A DNA stretch of 64,000 bases, taken from NCBI GenBank assembly GCA_002633005.1, contig NMRA01000317.1, positions 78,849 to 142,848 of the forward strand. Direction: 5' to 3'. Origin of the DNA: Phoronis australis (Eukaryota; Animalia; Phoronida). Shown in pieces: positions 49,423 to 63,576 of the stretch (positions are counted from its first letter, which is position 1; each line of letters starts with the position of its first letter). Under the pieces are notes generated by a model. It was not told the DNA's origin. It ran no database searches and saw nothing but the letters and a program-made list of their open reading frames with translations. The translations under genes were made by a program, and so were the position numbers.

Positions 49423-52102
49423 AATTATAGCCACTAAGAGCAACAACAGAATAAATATCACATCACTTATTTAGCACACTATATGGGTGGCAAGTGAAAT
49501 TCTATTTTGTTAAAATTCTCTACAAAAATAAATATATAGAAAACTTAAGTCTGTTACTAGCATGAAAATATTGAGTAAAACATTTTATTCTACAATGACA
49601 GAGGGTGCACCCAGTGGTAAATCAAGAACGTTGATACATGGACGTAATGGCTGTACACTTTCCACATCAAGGTACCGTTCTTTGGTTCCAAGAAAAAGGA
49701 TCTTTAGTCAATATTTTCATCACATAAATGTAAAACCCAGTAATGTTACTAGAATGGTTTATAGTGCGTAGATGTCGCAACACAACAAGCAAAAGTTTCC
49801 ATTAATTGCCATCACGTAATTAGCTTCTCAGAAATGGGAGATATTACAATTTTGGCAATTATTCCCCCGCGAAATTAGTGGAAAATTACAACAGTGTTAT
49901 AATAAGCAGGGACTTTGGATATTGTTGGCAGCTAGCCAGTTCAAAGTAACACCAATTGGACAGGGCAAATAAGCTCCAACAACGACCATTGGTACAACTT
50001 GATATTTAGCTGGGTGTGGCTCATGAAGAAGTACCGTAAGAGCAACCCCCCCCCTCCTCTACACTGTCTGCAGTTCTGGAGGCGAATGCAGTCAGTTCAA
50101 GCAATAACAGGGGAGACTAAATTTGCCAAGCGGCATTGATGGTGAAATGATTGCCTCTTCATTACCCACACCAGTACCTGGATGCATGGCTAATGCCATA
50201 GTCTCACTAATGAGGACACCTCATTTACACCAAGCTCTCTGTCCTGCATTTTCTTCTCCAGACATTACTTATCAGTAACCTCTTCATGATAAACCACAAA
50301 TCATTTTGAAAATAAGATAACAGTCTATGCTGAAATCCATCAGATTTTTTTTTAAATTTGACCTAAAAACAAACATCCCCTCAGTTCCCACACTTCAATC
50401 ATAGAGACAGTACTAGTTTCCTTGAGTTGTCTGGCCACAAAAACAGCTCCCCATCCAACCTCTCATTCCAACCAGTCCTGAGCTCCACCCCAAACTGACT
50501 TTTGATAACGACCTCCACTCTGAAGTGTTTTTAATGTTTATCATTACACAGGTCAGTTTAGTCTGGCAGCCAGTTTTTTTTTGTCTCCTCAAAAACATTA
50601 ACCATAATTGGTTAACCACACAAGAAAAAATAAAGACCCATTAGAAATACTAGGGAAGCGTGGCTGAACAGATTGGGAAACCACAGCAATGTGGTTGAAT
50701 AGGTAGAAAAACACAGCCGTTCAAATTCATGAGACCGATCAGGTCAACAGCAAAGACTAACTGCAGTATTAGGTATATCTAGTCGCATTCAGTTTTACCA
50801 GGGACCCAAATGACAGGGAACTGGTTGTAGAAATTTACACACATGTAATTTCACTTAAGGTGAGCTTGTATGGTGACACAAACACTGCATAACACAGGTT
50901 ACCCTCGATGCTTACACACAGCCATCACCACATCCTTTGTGTTATCAAACACCTGTGGAAATAATTGCATGTGAACTACGAGAAAGCAGTTTAAGAATAT
51001 CTCAAACCTTATTCACAAAAATTGCAAGTTTTTTACAATATGTAACACATGTCTAGCGAAATGCCTAATCTTCATATTCGTGGAACTTCAAATACATCAT
51101 TGGTGATGGATGCCCTTAGAAACTGGGAAACTCACTTTGGATAGGAAATCCGAGTTGATCCGCCGAGTGAAAATAAATGCCAATTAAAACACAGTTCGCA
51201 CAGGCCGATTAACACATCACACCTCTACATTTAAGGTAACAGAGACATAACGTCCCAAACCTGGAAACAGTACGACTGAGGCTGTAGTGTAAGCGTGATT
51301 AGCATGAAAGGAAAATACTTTCAGAGGTTCAGAAAGTTGCACCTTCAAAACTACCACAGAAATAAGATTTGAAGTCCCGCATACTGCATTGGGCGAATCC
51401 TTAGGCATAGCATGGTAGTGAAGAGTTAGACATGTTAGCAACGAGTTGCCATTGAAAGACAACAAGTCCCAACAGAGCAGTCACTAAAGTTGTGTTGTGC
51501 ACATGCAATAGCACTTTTACTACTTTTACTGGTGTTATAGGAAATACTCGACTCGGTTTATTAACATGACTAGCAAGTGACAAACAGACACCCTTGAGCC
51601 TATTAGTATAGAGTGATGAAATGCATGCACGCTCTTTCATTACATTTAAAAAATTATTGCTTCTAATAATGTTAGCAGACACAGGCGTCCATAATGCAAT
51701 TATTTCTGAGATGCCAGTGACATGTGACTGGAACATCTGAAGGGTATCAGACAAATGAACACAAGGTCAGTGACCGCGCTTCTCAGAGCGTATCCTGTAG
51801 GCGTGACAGTGCCAAGCTCGGTCATTGAGTTCTGACCATACGCCAAGACAATTCACACTCCAGACACAAAAACTACAAGGATTTGCACTTAACGGTGTTG
51901 GTCACATTGTCATGCTGTCTGTGACAATACACCAATAATTACTCCTCCTACTTATCATAAAGAGAGTCATGGTTCACATACAAAAGACAACTAATCCCAG
52001 ACTTCTCTTCCAGTTCATGGTTAGGGAGTCACAGTAACACAAAACTGGCCAAAGTGGGCACCCAATATACAGCAAAAAAATGAAAAACCTTATGCCAGTC
52101 AG

Positions 52103-52226
52103 TACCAAGACAACATTTACCAATAACAAGAGCACATTTACCAATATTTACCAATACCAAGCCAATATTTACCAATACCAAGACTATATTTACCGATACC
52201 AAGACTATACTTACCAATACCAAGAT
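52103..52226. repeat. 21-bp minisatellite (taccaagactatatttaccaa), about 6 copies
   Basis: Visible periodicity. Explains ORF 52029-52223 (LVSVNIV repeats). Confidence 0.8.
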
Positions 52227-52588
52227 TTATGATTACCTTTCTTGCTGGACAAAAAAGCCAAATTCCTCTCCCAAGAAATCATAAAGCGAAATTAATCGCC
52301 AAGGAGAACACGCACAAATTTCACTAGTCAAGCCAGTGAGAACACCTGCTTCACTGGTAATACACTGCGTTATCTTGCAAAGCCTCGTCATTTTGCATTT
52401 CAGCGAGGCTCTTGCCTCTATGGAACACAGCCCTAATACTACACCAAAAAGGCACCACTGCAATTGGGGGCATTATCTCTACTGACATCACCAATGAATG
52501 ATCCCTTACGGTAACAAATGCACCTAGTTTGGTTTAAATACATAAATTATCCAATCCACATGCAATAACGTCACAAAGAGTCACCCAC

Positions 52589-52824
52589 CTTCTGCAACGT
52601 GACGTTCACACTCTTTACTCGTTTCAGTTCCTCCGTTATGACCCGTAATCTCCCCTCCAGTGACATATGAAGGTTGGAGAACTCCTGCAGGAAGTTCTCA
52701 CGGCTCTCCCGCGACTCTGGTACCTTGCCGTCGAACAGCATGTCAATCATTTTCAGCTCCTCCTTGATTGTGCTGGCCACACCTCCAAATGGTGCAGCAG
52801 TGTCACTGTCTGGAGTTGGAGGAA
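52589..52824 (-). CDS. SKI: SKI/SnoN-like exon (VPPTPDSD...IKEELKMIDMLFDGK...ENFLQEFSNL...LRVITEELKRVKSVNVTLQK)
   Basis: Minus ttctgcttttag acceptor, AAG|gtgggt donor. 236 nt, phase 1 to 0. 'E.FLQE' coiled-coil start resembles SKI 'EKFLHE'. Confidence 0.85.
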
Positions 52825-53575
52825 CTAAAAGCAGAATGGTGGCCATACATTAAACGTCAAAAACACCAGAAAAATTACACGTAACGATGACTTAGGTCTT
52901 TCACGTATGGCCAAAAAAGAATTACTTGGTTCAAGTGGTTTTTTTTTTGAAAATTGATGCAGTGAAGGGGGTATTTTTTGTTTTTCACTTTTTCAAAGGG
53001 GGGGGTTAGCAACACTTGTGCATGTGAGGTAGTGGGTAAACGACAGGCAGTCAACAGGTGATTATGCCCAACTTATCAAACCTTGATTCTGTGCACGAGT
53101 TTCTGTGGCTATGGGGAAAAACATTAGTGATCCTGCTGAGACTGATGTGGGTTGGGGCTTTTCATTAAGAAATGAGGCGCAAGTTTCAAAATGAGTCAGC
53201 GTACAGACCAGAACTTGGTGGACTCTTTTCCCCTACCACGCTCTACTCACCCGCCACTTCTACCCACAGACTCCCAATCCCTTGCCACCCCTATACTCAC
53301 AGTCGCCACCCCTGATACAGCCTAAATCCCTCACTTATCCTCGAAACCTCACCTGCAATCCCCACACCCACTCCTGCTACCCAACCTGTCCTCATCCACT
53401 CACAACGCTTTCAGTAATAGTACGATATAATGCACCCGCACTTTGACAACAGGTTTTCACCATGAATAACAGGCATTAAACTGGTTCCCAAAATGTGGGC
53501 ACGTTATACCCGACTATTGCCCATCCTCCTATCAAAGTCCCGTCCTCCATCCTCATCCACCATGCCATGTCTCAC

Positions 53576-53706
53576 CTGAGTCATCAGATGTCTCCACCAG
53601 GTCATAATCAGTAGACTCCGCCCCCTTGTGCTCGTCACATACTTCTGACTTCATCTGCTGTGACAACGGAGCCAGAGACACATTGGGCGCATAATGACGT
53701 TCATAC
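53576..53706 (-). CDS. SKI: SKI/SnoN-like exon (RYERHYAPNVSLAPLSQQMKSEVCDEHKGAESTDYDLVETSDDS)
   Basis: Minus gttttag acceptor, CAG|gtgag donor. 131 nt, phase 2 to 1. APNVSLAP corresponds to SKI APNVALAP. Confidence 0.9.
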
Positions 53707-54804
53707 CTAAAACAATACCATTGCATGCGTAATGCAAAAATTAATGCTTGTCAGGTATACAGGCATCCTAGACCTAATTATAAGTCCAACTTGGGTGATG
53801 CTTGGATATAGAAGAAAAGAAGAAAAAACAACACCCAGTCAATGAACACATAATAATGACGAAAGTGTCAAAAGTGGGAATTAGAAATTTAAAATATGAA
53901 GCAGGTACTCAAGAACTAAATATACACTAAGAGTTATGCGTAATGGATCAAAATAAATTACCAATACCACTTGCCCTGGATTTATACAACCACAAGTGAT
54001 TACTAAATCATGATGAAGTTTTCTACCATTAATACCCATTAACAGGCCAACTAGATTTAATGAATTAGGGCCTGTCTGTCCCACTGACCCCAGCTACAGA
54101 CAGAGTGGTTAGATGTCAGCTAATGTCCTTGGCAGACCTGACTCCATTTACAGGCCAGTTAGCTATCCACCATCACTGACCAGTGTTACTTGAGCTGCCA
54201 GCCATAAAGACTAATTAATACTGACTAGACTGGCAGACTGCATTCCAGCTAAATGACCCAGACAGGAGCCAGCGTACACCAGCATCCTGCTCTAACAGGA
54301 CCATGGCTAAAAGGCACTCACTGTGGAAGCTGTAAATTATTCCTTTCCTGGTACATCTGGCATTGGACTAGAGCTACAGTAGGCACTATCCAGGAACAGA
54401 ATTAAATACTATCTCATAGTGAAGAGGTTATAGAACCCTTGAATTGGCTGGGAACTACTGAAAGCCCCAAATTCTATATCAGTCCAGATGACATAAACAA
54501 GGCTGAACCCTACACTCCCCAATGCTGTCTGGTACATAATTCTTGAACAGTGGCCAATTTCCAAGAGTGGTCTTATTGCCACCAACAGTGCAACTGAATC
54601 AGCACCAGATGCCTGGAGCAAAAAATAGAACACATGCCAATGTCTGGCAAGCAACCACAGCCAATCATACAACAGGCTGACATTTGAACATGTGACCAGA
54701 AAGTGTTGGGTTACTGTAGCCAGACAAAACAAGATCAAGCTACTGGCTCAGGCAAATCTCCAAGTGCAAAGTAAGGAAGGCTGACGAAGTGCAAAGGTGT
54801 CTAC

Positions 54805-54894
54805 CTGCTCGACTCTGACATGGGGACAACTCGCTCTGGGTTCAACAGCACAGGTGGACCAGTTTGAAGATAGGACGGCAGGGCACCAGGGAAC
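54805..54894 (-). CDS. SKI: SKI/SnoN-like exon (LFPGALPSYLQTGPPVLLNPERVVPMSESS)
   Basis: Minus ttttgctgcag acceptor, CAG|gtagac donor. 90 nt, symmetric phase 2 to 2. GPPVL..PERVVP motif as recalled from invertebrate Ski/Sno proteins. Confidence 0.82.
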
Positions 54895-55267
54895 CTGCAG
54901 CAAAATGTACAATAAAAACACAATTAAAAAAATTGTTGAGACTGAATACAGTAGCACAATGCTCAGTCAGCCCAATAGATACTTTCTGGAAAACCACAGC
55001 ACCCTCTCTGATTTTGCAGTATTTACCCAAAATGCTGTGCAACAACGGGACACTTGCCCAACAGTAAAACATACACAGCTGGTATGTTAATCACATTTTA
55101 TATTTGTTCACCGCTTGTCATTCCAATCATTTTTACATGGCAGTTTGAAAAACGGAAAAATGACAATGCCATCGATAACTTGGTTCAAATTTGATAAACT
55201 TTACTACACAACGACAGTTCTCCCAGAAAATGAGTGAAAAATGAAGAACAATTTATTGACAACTTAC

Positions 55268-55461
55268 AAGTCCTTCATCAGTGCAGGAGGGGGCGGTAGC
55301 GTCTTGTCACCACGGATACCTGGTGACCAAGGTCGAAAGGCAGAGCCTGACTTGGTGCGCTCCAGCCAATAGTTGGGCAGCATTAAGTCGGAGGACGAGG
55401 GGGGAGTGGTCTGCTCACGCTTGATTCGCTTGCACCCAGGCTCATCTCTAACCTCGTATCT
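55268..55461 (-). CDS. SKI: SKI/SnoN-like exon (RYEVRDEPGCKRIKREQTTPPSSSDLMLPNYWLERTKSGSAFRPWSPGIRGDKTLPPPPALMKD)
   Basis: Minus tctttgtag acceptor, TT|gtaagt donor. 194 nt, phase 0 to 2. SAFRPWSP is the conserved SKI-family motif. No upstream coding exon recognised in 55462-64000, so the DHD/SAND exon is outside the window. Confidence 0.9.
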
Positions 55462-58400
55462 CTACAAAGACCAGAGGTAACAAATGACACGTATGATAGA
55501 ACCATGGTAGGTTACGGTTTTAATTTGCACAAAAATAATGACCAAAATTGCCAGTTTTCCCTTTTCAAAGGCTGTACTACAAATACTGGAGACTTTACTG
55601 ACTGTTGTTTTAAGACCTCTACATAGTACAAATCATGCTAGCAATAGACTCAAGTTTTTTAATTTTTATTTTCAAGAGAAATTTGGCACAAAAGATTTCA
55701 CCTTCACCAAATAGGTGAGCAATTACCGTACATCAGAAAAAACACAGAACGAGTTTACACCACCTAAAATAATTAGTCGTTATCAGTGACCAATCATAAT
55801 TCTAAGAAGGCCAACATTCCTTTTCGAGATTAAGCCGCTCATAAAACACAATATCTCTGATGTTTCACATCAAACTCTTAACAGACAACAACTGACAGTT
55901 CATTAGGGACTCCTTGCCACAAATATAAGGTGTCGCTCAATACCTTGACATTCTCTAGCACAGATCTGTATCAATTTATGATTGACATTTACAAGGCATA
56001 ACGCTAGGCTAATCAACAATTTTAAGTGATAAGTAGAGTGGTCATCAAAAACTATAGTCCTTGAGCCTCAGAATGAGAGAGACTCCAAGTCAAAACAAAT
56101 CAGGGGAGCTAATTGTGTGCCTGTACCACACCTACATAAAATGTGTCAACATTGTGCTGTAAGTAGTGGTTCATGTTAACCACTGATTATTTTGGCGTCA
56201 CCAGTATAATCTTATCTGTCCTGCAGATTACTTTAGCCATGTGACAATGCAGGTTACAACATCTAGTCAAAGGTTAATCACATACCCAAAAGCCTACCAA
56301 GAGGCACTGCCATGATTAAACATACGGCTGCCATTTACTCCCTCCCCCTGTTGGTATGAAGCAAATCATAACAGATTGGTAATGAGGCATAAACGAGAGT
56401 GCTCAGAGGAGCGACACTTGGCGAAATTACGCGAAAACAGGACGATGGGGAGGAGGAGGACGATCATTACGACTAGCGAGAAATGAAAAATATCTTATGA
56501 AAGCCCGTTTAAAACTCTATCGAACTGTACAGATTTCTGATCGGTTAATATACATGGCAAGCAAATCCCGGCACACATAACTATTTGCAAAAAATGCCAA
56601 ATTTGACAATTTTCTCCCCGAAATAACCACTTCCCTGCAAGTTCTAGAAAAAGTCTGACTACAGATTCAGAATGCCAGTCCTCACTAGATTCTAACTATG
56701 TGGTCATAGTAAGCCTCTTACCAGCTACTTTTTTGGAAATGATAACTTTGACACAGACAAAAATCCCACAGCATTCAAACTAGATGCAATACGAGATGGT
56801 CGGATTCAACAGAACTGTTGAAAATATGCTTTTCTGCATCGCAAGACTTAAGACTACAGCGAATGAAGAGGAAGGAGCTCAGCTGTCTGCCTCCAAATGC
56901 TCACAGGTCTGTGAACTACTGTGGTCCTAAAGTACACCTAAACCTTAGCAGTGCACTTTATCATAACATGGCCAAACAATAAACAACACAAATGAGCCAT
57001 AAACACACACAGAGACTTGATAAACAAAGCAATAGCCATGAAATTCAGTCTACAGCATATTTAGTATTTAGATTTTACATCATGGTTACCGTACTTCTGG
57101 TACTTCCTTTTAACTTTTTATGTACATTAACCAAGTAAGTAGGTAAAAAATAACATAAACACCCAAGGTTTGTGTTGGTACATTGGAATATTTTGTAGAT
57201 TAGAGTTTGATAGATAATTAGGTAATTATTCTTATTATTAGTTGACAATCTTCAAAACACAATTTCTTGGAAGTTGGTAGATAACCCATGATAACAGACA
57301 GCATTTTTTACCAATACCCATGTGCAAAAGTTTATTTCTGCTCGCAATAATCCTATAAATACTTTGTGACAATGTCACATTGAAGTCTTGCTCAGGTTCC
57401 AAGTTTCGATCTACAAGAATGTCACACTGACTTCATCAAAAACAACATTTCAAAAGGGAGTAAACAGTGACCAGATTAAAGGAAAGTCTGGGACAAGCAT
57501 ATTAAGTTTCACTCTAAAATTTCACACCAGGGCCTTAATGTACATCCATATGGACACCAGTCATCCAGTGACTGCATAAAACACCCTAGACAGAAAACAA
57601 GAATGAAGTTCAAAGAGCTTTGGGGAGTGTTATGAACGATTAAATTCAATCTTGGATAAAAGCCAACAGCCCAAGTCAACTTTGTAGCACACGTGTGTAT
57701 CCTTTAGCAGAGCACTGATGCCTTCATGAAGTAGTGAAGTTTGACTTTGGTGTCATTAGAGTTATTTAATAACATTCTGTTCAAATATTCATTGTTCTAC
57801 CACTCAAAAGCACTCCGTGTGTATAAAACAGCCCAGTGTAACATTTTCGCAGCACAATCTTGTGTCAAACTGCGATAACTTCTATGTCCATTTACTACCG
57901 AAGCCAGTGTGAAGGAAGGGTTCAGCTAATTTGGTAGTTTATATCCATGCTCCTCACTACCAGAGAAAAGTGGGGGGTGAAAGAGCCTTAACAGTTGTTA
58001 TGGAATACAGACATCTGATTCAACACATCTGCCCGGACTCATGTAAATTAGTAACACACAACACTGTTTTTACTAGACAAGCACAGAAGCAAGCCTTACT
58101 TATTTATCAAATACTCTGAACACCAGCAGAAGTCATTCACCCCGGAAACAGCCAATCACTGGTTATCACAAGAGTGAAAAGTCTACCAGACCCTGCATGA
58201 TCCAGTTTGAGTACACCACAATGCACTGTAGCCATGACAACGGGCAGGTTAATAAACTGCTCACAATCTTTATTAACATAGACTCTACCTTACAATGAGG
58301 ACACTAACTCCTCACACAGCTAAGCTGAACCATAACTAAGCACGAGTGAAAAATACAACTATGGAGGTCATTGCTCTGAGATTACATTTTTCACCAACCC

Positions 58401-61029
58401 CTGTACTTTTAATTCAAAAGTCGTTAATATGATAAATTGTGTGGCACGAATTCATATCTAGAATCTGATTACCAAGAGCTGTCAGTGAATCGCAAGCCTG
58501 TAAAAGTGCACATAGACAATGTATTTCAGTCAAAACTAACACTGGTAAATGGACACTTGTTTAAATGAGACGTTTTTGATTACTCTGACATTTTATCAAG
58601 TATCAAAATCCATGTCCAAGTCACATGTGAATGGCACACTAGCACCCAAAACACAGTCACAATATAGAGACCAAGCAAATTTCAATATTTTGATACTATT
58701 GGAAATAACCAGACAGAAACTAAAACCAGGGAGGTAGATGTTCAGTTAACTTAAACTCAACAAGGCCAAAAGTAAAATCACTGACACTTCAGAAGTGAAT
58801 GTTTACTCCATGTGACAATTACCTGAAAATCAGGTATTTGTTCGTTTTCAGAAAATCTCAGTTCACTATTGTGATATGAGGCAATGCGACTGTTAAATGT
58901 GAAAACTACGGTGGTTAAATTACGTTAAACTATCATTGAAAGGACTTGTACGTTGAATTGTTTTGTGACGACACCAGTTCTTTTCAAAAGCAAGTTTGCA
59001 TTCTCAGTTAGAAAACTGACACTGCACAGGTTACAAAATATACACATAAAAAGAAAGTTGAAAACACTGAAAAGATCCTAGATCAAGTCACTGGCTAGCC
59101 CTGGGCAAACTACAGACAGTCTAACAAATCTATAACAGGTAAACACCGGCAGAAAAGGCCTCGTCAAGTGACAAATATACACTGAGAGTTCATGTTTTAG
59201 AACACCCTACAAAAACAGCTCAGCTAACATACACTCTCATGTCAATGCTTTTGGCAAGGCACTGAACAGAGACAGGTGTTCTGAACACCCAGTACTCATA
59301 TCAACAGCTCAGAAAAATGGTTGGAAGATTGCCAACAATGTGACAGTCAAAGAGACCCACATATTTAGCGGTGAAATCCTGAAAAAATAACTTTTTCTTT
59401 ATTTCCACTAACGGTTACCAGTATTTCATCCACTACTTGGAAAATTAAAACAGGGCACAGACATTTAACTGCCCCACATCCAAGAAGCAACAAAGACTAA
59501 CCTCTCCAGCAGTATTAATTAGGTCAAGCCCAGATCATATTAAACTTTGAACTAGAAATAAACGAACTTAGGGGCCCCATAATTCTATCTACTTCAACTG
59601 CATTTGGCTCCTCCTGGTGCTAGGATGTGTAATAAGGGGAACTAATTCCTGGCAAATAACCAATCAAAATAAGGTGTTCCATATCATAACAAGAATCAAA
59701 ATTACAATGGTTTTCAAAGATGGCACAGGAAGCAACTTTAATGGTAGAGTAAACTAACACAATAACATTACCAACAATTTTTAGTGTGGTATTCATTTGG
59801 TGGTACTACAAAGGGAAGCTTTTTATCATGATATTCGACCCTCATCTGAAAAGAAAGCTCAGTGCGGTAACCACAATTATTCGTAACAATCTATCCTAAT
59901 TTTTAAGACACCCCTACAGTAAGTCATTATTTAGTTCCTGGCCTCCAGTACATTTACAAACTATCTGGTTCTGATAACCACAGTCTTTTCATGGTGTTTA
60001 TAAACATGATGTTTTGTTCTGTCATATGAAGCTGCCTACTACTGTTCCTTCACCTGGCTATATATAACTTGATCATTGTGTGCACAGGTAACCTGAGGGA
60101 CCACAATACACTAGGACAGTTTGGATACTTCAACTCACACCACAACAGGCATCAGTCCAAGACCAACAGTGACACATTTCCATCACAGGAACATCCCACT
60201 GTACAACTCTTTAAGGGTACAACTCTTTAATGCGACACCACAAAAGTGACATTTGTTAGGCCAAATTTCAATTTCTGGTGGTCAAAATGGCAGAGCTAAT
60301 GAAGACTACATTACGTAATTCCTTTCATCTACCCGCATTTAACGACAATGTGAATCCTTTGAACACCCAACCATAAGTGGTGATTTAACAATGCGCTTCA
60401 CCAGCATGAAGACACAAAGCAAATACCAAATTAGATATCACCTATTATGGCTTTGAGAAAAAAGGAAAAACAAAGCAAGACAAAACATGGCACAAGTTTA
60501 AGCAGAGTTAATGGGGTGTCTCTGAATAAACAGGAACATTATAAATAACCATGGTCTTGGTACACATTGGTTTAAGAGCAGACTAGACAAGTTATGACAG
60601 GGCCATTATGTCTAGCCAATACCATGAACAAAAAGAACAATACCATGTCATTGATTTCCAGTCAGTAGACAGACTAGAACTACCCAATACCCTCATTACT
60701 AAAGAGTTATAGAAAACAGGTACATAAAGACTGGGTAGGTGCTTGTCCACTGAAAAGGACAGCTGCCTATTTCTATTATGCAAACAGAACAACCATATAA
60801 AACTGTATGTAAGCTTGGCTAACTAAATCCCACAGCACATTTCACCGGTAACTTAGCAATAAAAAAATAATAATTGCAGGCGGTCTGACACACGCTGTAC
60901 CGGACGTGCGCAGGATGCGCACGTGGGCCCATTGAACTGATCACCTGGAACCATTTTTATATTTTATAAATATATAGTTAAATCCGAGCTGAGGAGCTAG
61001 AAACCTGACTCAAGGGTTTAGCAGTGTGA

Positions 61030-61100
61030 CACAGTGGGACTCGAAGCCACGGCCTTGGGTAAAGAAGGCGGGCACCTATCACACTAGACCACACTGCCTC
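61030..61100 (-). mobile_element. tRNA-derived SINE head (Pol III A/B boxes)
   Basis: Minus strand gaggcagtgtggtctagtgtgatagg (A-box-like) followed by ggccgtggcttcgagtccc (B-box-like). No complete cloverleaf. Confidence 0.5.
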
Positions 61101-63576
61101 CTTAGCAATACCTGGCCATGTATATTTACTGGTAACTGAGGACAGTTAAAACCTGCATGCAGAAACACCCGCCAAAAATCAATAGTGAACCCAGACAACA
61201 CACTGTCACTTTGGACAATGTCCAAGACTTGAGTTAAGGAGATTATTTCCTGTGGAATAGTGGAACATAATACCACACAGCCAGCGCTCACTGAGTTCAA
61301 AGACATTTAATCCATTGCGCAGGTACTTAGACTTCTTGTTTCAAGAACCACTAAAATTTGAGAAAAGGTTGGAAATTAATAATGTCAGATTAAAAAATTA
61401 AGTTTCTTGTTCAAGATACACTTCAACTCACTCAGCTAACAAATGACAGCATAAACTCACAAATTTTAAATAAAAATAGTTGCCAAAATTTTCTCATCTT
61501 GCAAAGTCTTCTTGCTTTGTTGCGAGTGCCCAGAAGCTTTCTAAATTTTGTGTGACGGTAGATCTCATACAAAACTTGAGCATGGTATTTATTCGAATAT
61601 ATAATGAATTGCAAAAAAAAAATTGACTTACCGTACATTTAATATATGAAAAATGAGACAATAAAATTTCAGCTGTCGGCCATTCTGATGACGTTGTGCC
61701 AAACAGTCCAAGGATCACCTGTTATGTCTTGGATGAAATAAGACACTGGGCAAGGGCAAGTACATATTTTATTTTTAGATCAGGGTGGCTTCCCTTATCT
61801 CTGTACTTAATAATTGATTTCCCTGGATGCCAGCCAGTGGCAAGAAAAGTGATACATGCACAATGGGAGAATGTAGACAGACCACATGGGAGTCTAGACA
61901 CATATCAGTGACGTTGTAGTGGGATGGTCTGGAGATAGGTGGATACTAACCAGAGAAAGAGAAAGAAATATTGCACTTCCAAACAGCATCATACCTTTAT
62001 ATTCGTTTGTTTGAACAGAAATAGTTTAAAACATAATGCAGGGTATATACCCAAGAGCCATACTGCTAAAGCGGCTGAAATTAACAACCAGGAATAACAA
62101 GTTGGTTCATAGGTCTGGTCTCAAACAATAATGACCTCTCAGTTTTTCTCAAGTCTAAAAATCTGTTCTAATTTGAGTAAGACACGAAATAACATCTCTA
62201 TTATAAGTTGCTTTTGAGAGCTGCCTGCTATTTCAGTATGGCCCAACGGACCAGTTCAACCGAGTTTAATATGCAAAGATTTCATTAATATCAGATACAA
62301 TATGGCCGACAAGTGAAATTTCATTTCATCAATTTTTCATGCGACATGTGCTTTACCAAATTAAATGGTCTCCCACGAACAAGAATTGTGGCCACAGCTA
62401 GTATGAGGCAAAAGTTTTGAAAATGTGTGGGTAGTCACAACAATGTTAGAACCCCGAGAAAAATCAAAAATGGCCAATTTCGGCAATTATTTTCCCGAAA
62501 TTTGTGACATTTTATCACACTACATTTACAAAAGTAGCATAAACATAAGCAATTTCACTACTTAATAGGCCAGCGTCCTAGCCAGACAGACGATCAATTC
62601 TGGAATGGGTAGTTTTCTCCAACAGTTAGTTCATTCCTTACCATCTGTGTCACTATAAGCAAATTTGATGTAAAAAACATTTCGAATACCTGCCATGGAC
62701 TGGCTATAAACAAAACCCTCTTACTGCTGCGCATGGATGGCCTTTGAAGCAAGCGCTGTTACAAAAGTTTGAGCAAAAACGCCAACAGCTTTGGAAGTCA
62801 CTCAAACTCAAAGCAGCAGTTCAACTGACACTTGTAACCGTTCACATTACTGGCATTTTTGCTACTAGCAAAGGTGCCGGAGAAAACGCTAGCGTTGTGG
62901 CACGTTTGTGACAGGAGTAAAATGCACCGGTGAAAAAAGATGCACCAATGAAAAACAGAAGTACTAGTTAAAAACAGATGCATAAAATGATAAGGGTCTA
63001 AAATTAGAAATAGTAGTCAATGTACTTTAAAAGAACATGGCCTACAGGGTCAATCTCTCTCTCTCATAATCTTGAGCACATATTTCCATGTAGTAAACAA
63101 CACAGAACATGGTCATTTGGTGTTATTTTTACAGACTAAAAGCAACTTAGGTAACTGGTACACACACCTTATCAGTGTTACCTGGCAACACCATTTGGTA
63201 GAAACAAAACTGGTTGACAATACTAGTGATTACACAAAATAGTTAAAAAGCATTTTAATATGAATCCATGTCATATTTACAAGAAATACCCATATTCAAA
63301 CATTTCTTTCAACACAGTGCAAACAAAATACACATCAGTAAAGTGAACAAACAACCAGTCACTCAAAGCAATTCTGAGCCAAAATAACAAACACAGGTAA
63401 CATTTGCGTCATTTCTGAAAAACAGCACCACCTTCAGGAAGAACAACTACTTCTTAATCATGTCCACCGCACTATCGATTTATGACCAGAATCGTTGAAT
63501 TTCATAGAGTATGATCTTATTTTATTAGCAGAATTAAAAGGCAACAACATGACAAACATGGTTTGTAAAACTGAAA

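Noticed and set aside
53025-53040. tgaggtagtgggt resembling mature let-7 (also tgaggtagtc at 32901)
   Set aside because: The match ends after about 13 nt and no complementary star arm is visible. Not a miRNA precursor.
56417-56440. Tandem E2F-like sites (ttggcgaaattacgcgaaaa)
   Set aside because: gcgaaa/cgcgaaa motifs recur in what look like decayed DNA-transposon remnants elsewhere in the window (e.g. ~49865, ~51055), and no promoter context is evident.
61030-61100. Possible tRNA gene
   Set aside because: A and B boxes are present but degenerate, with no convincing acceptor or anticodon stems. A SINE head is more likely.
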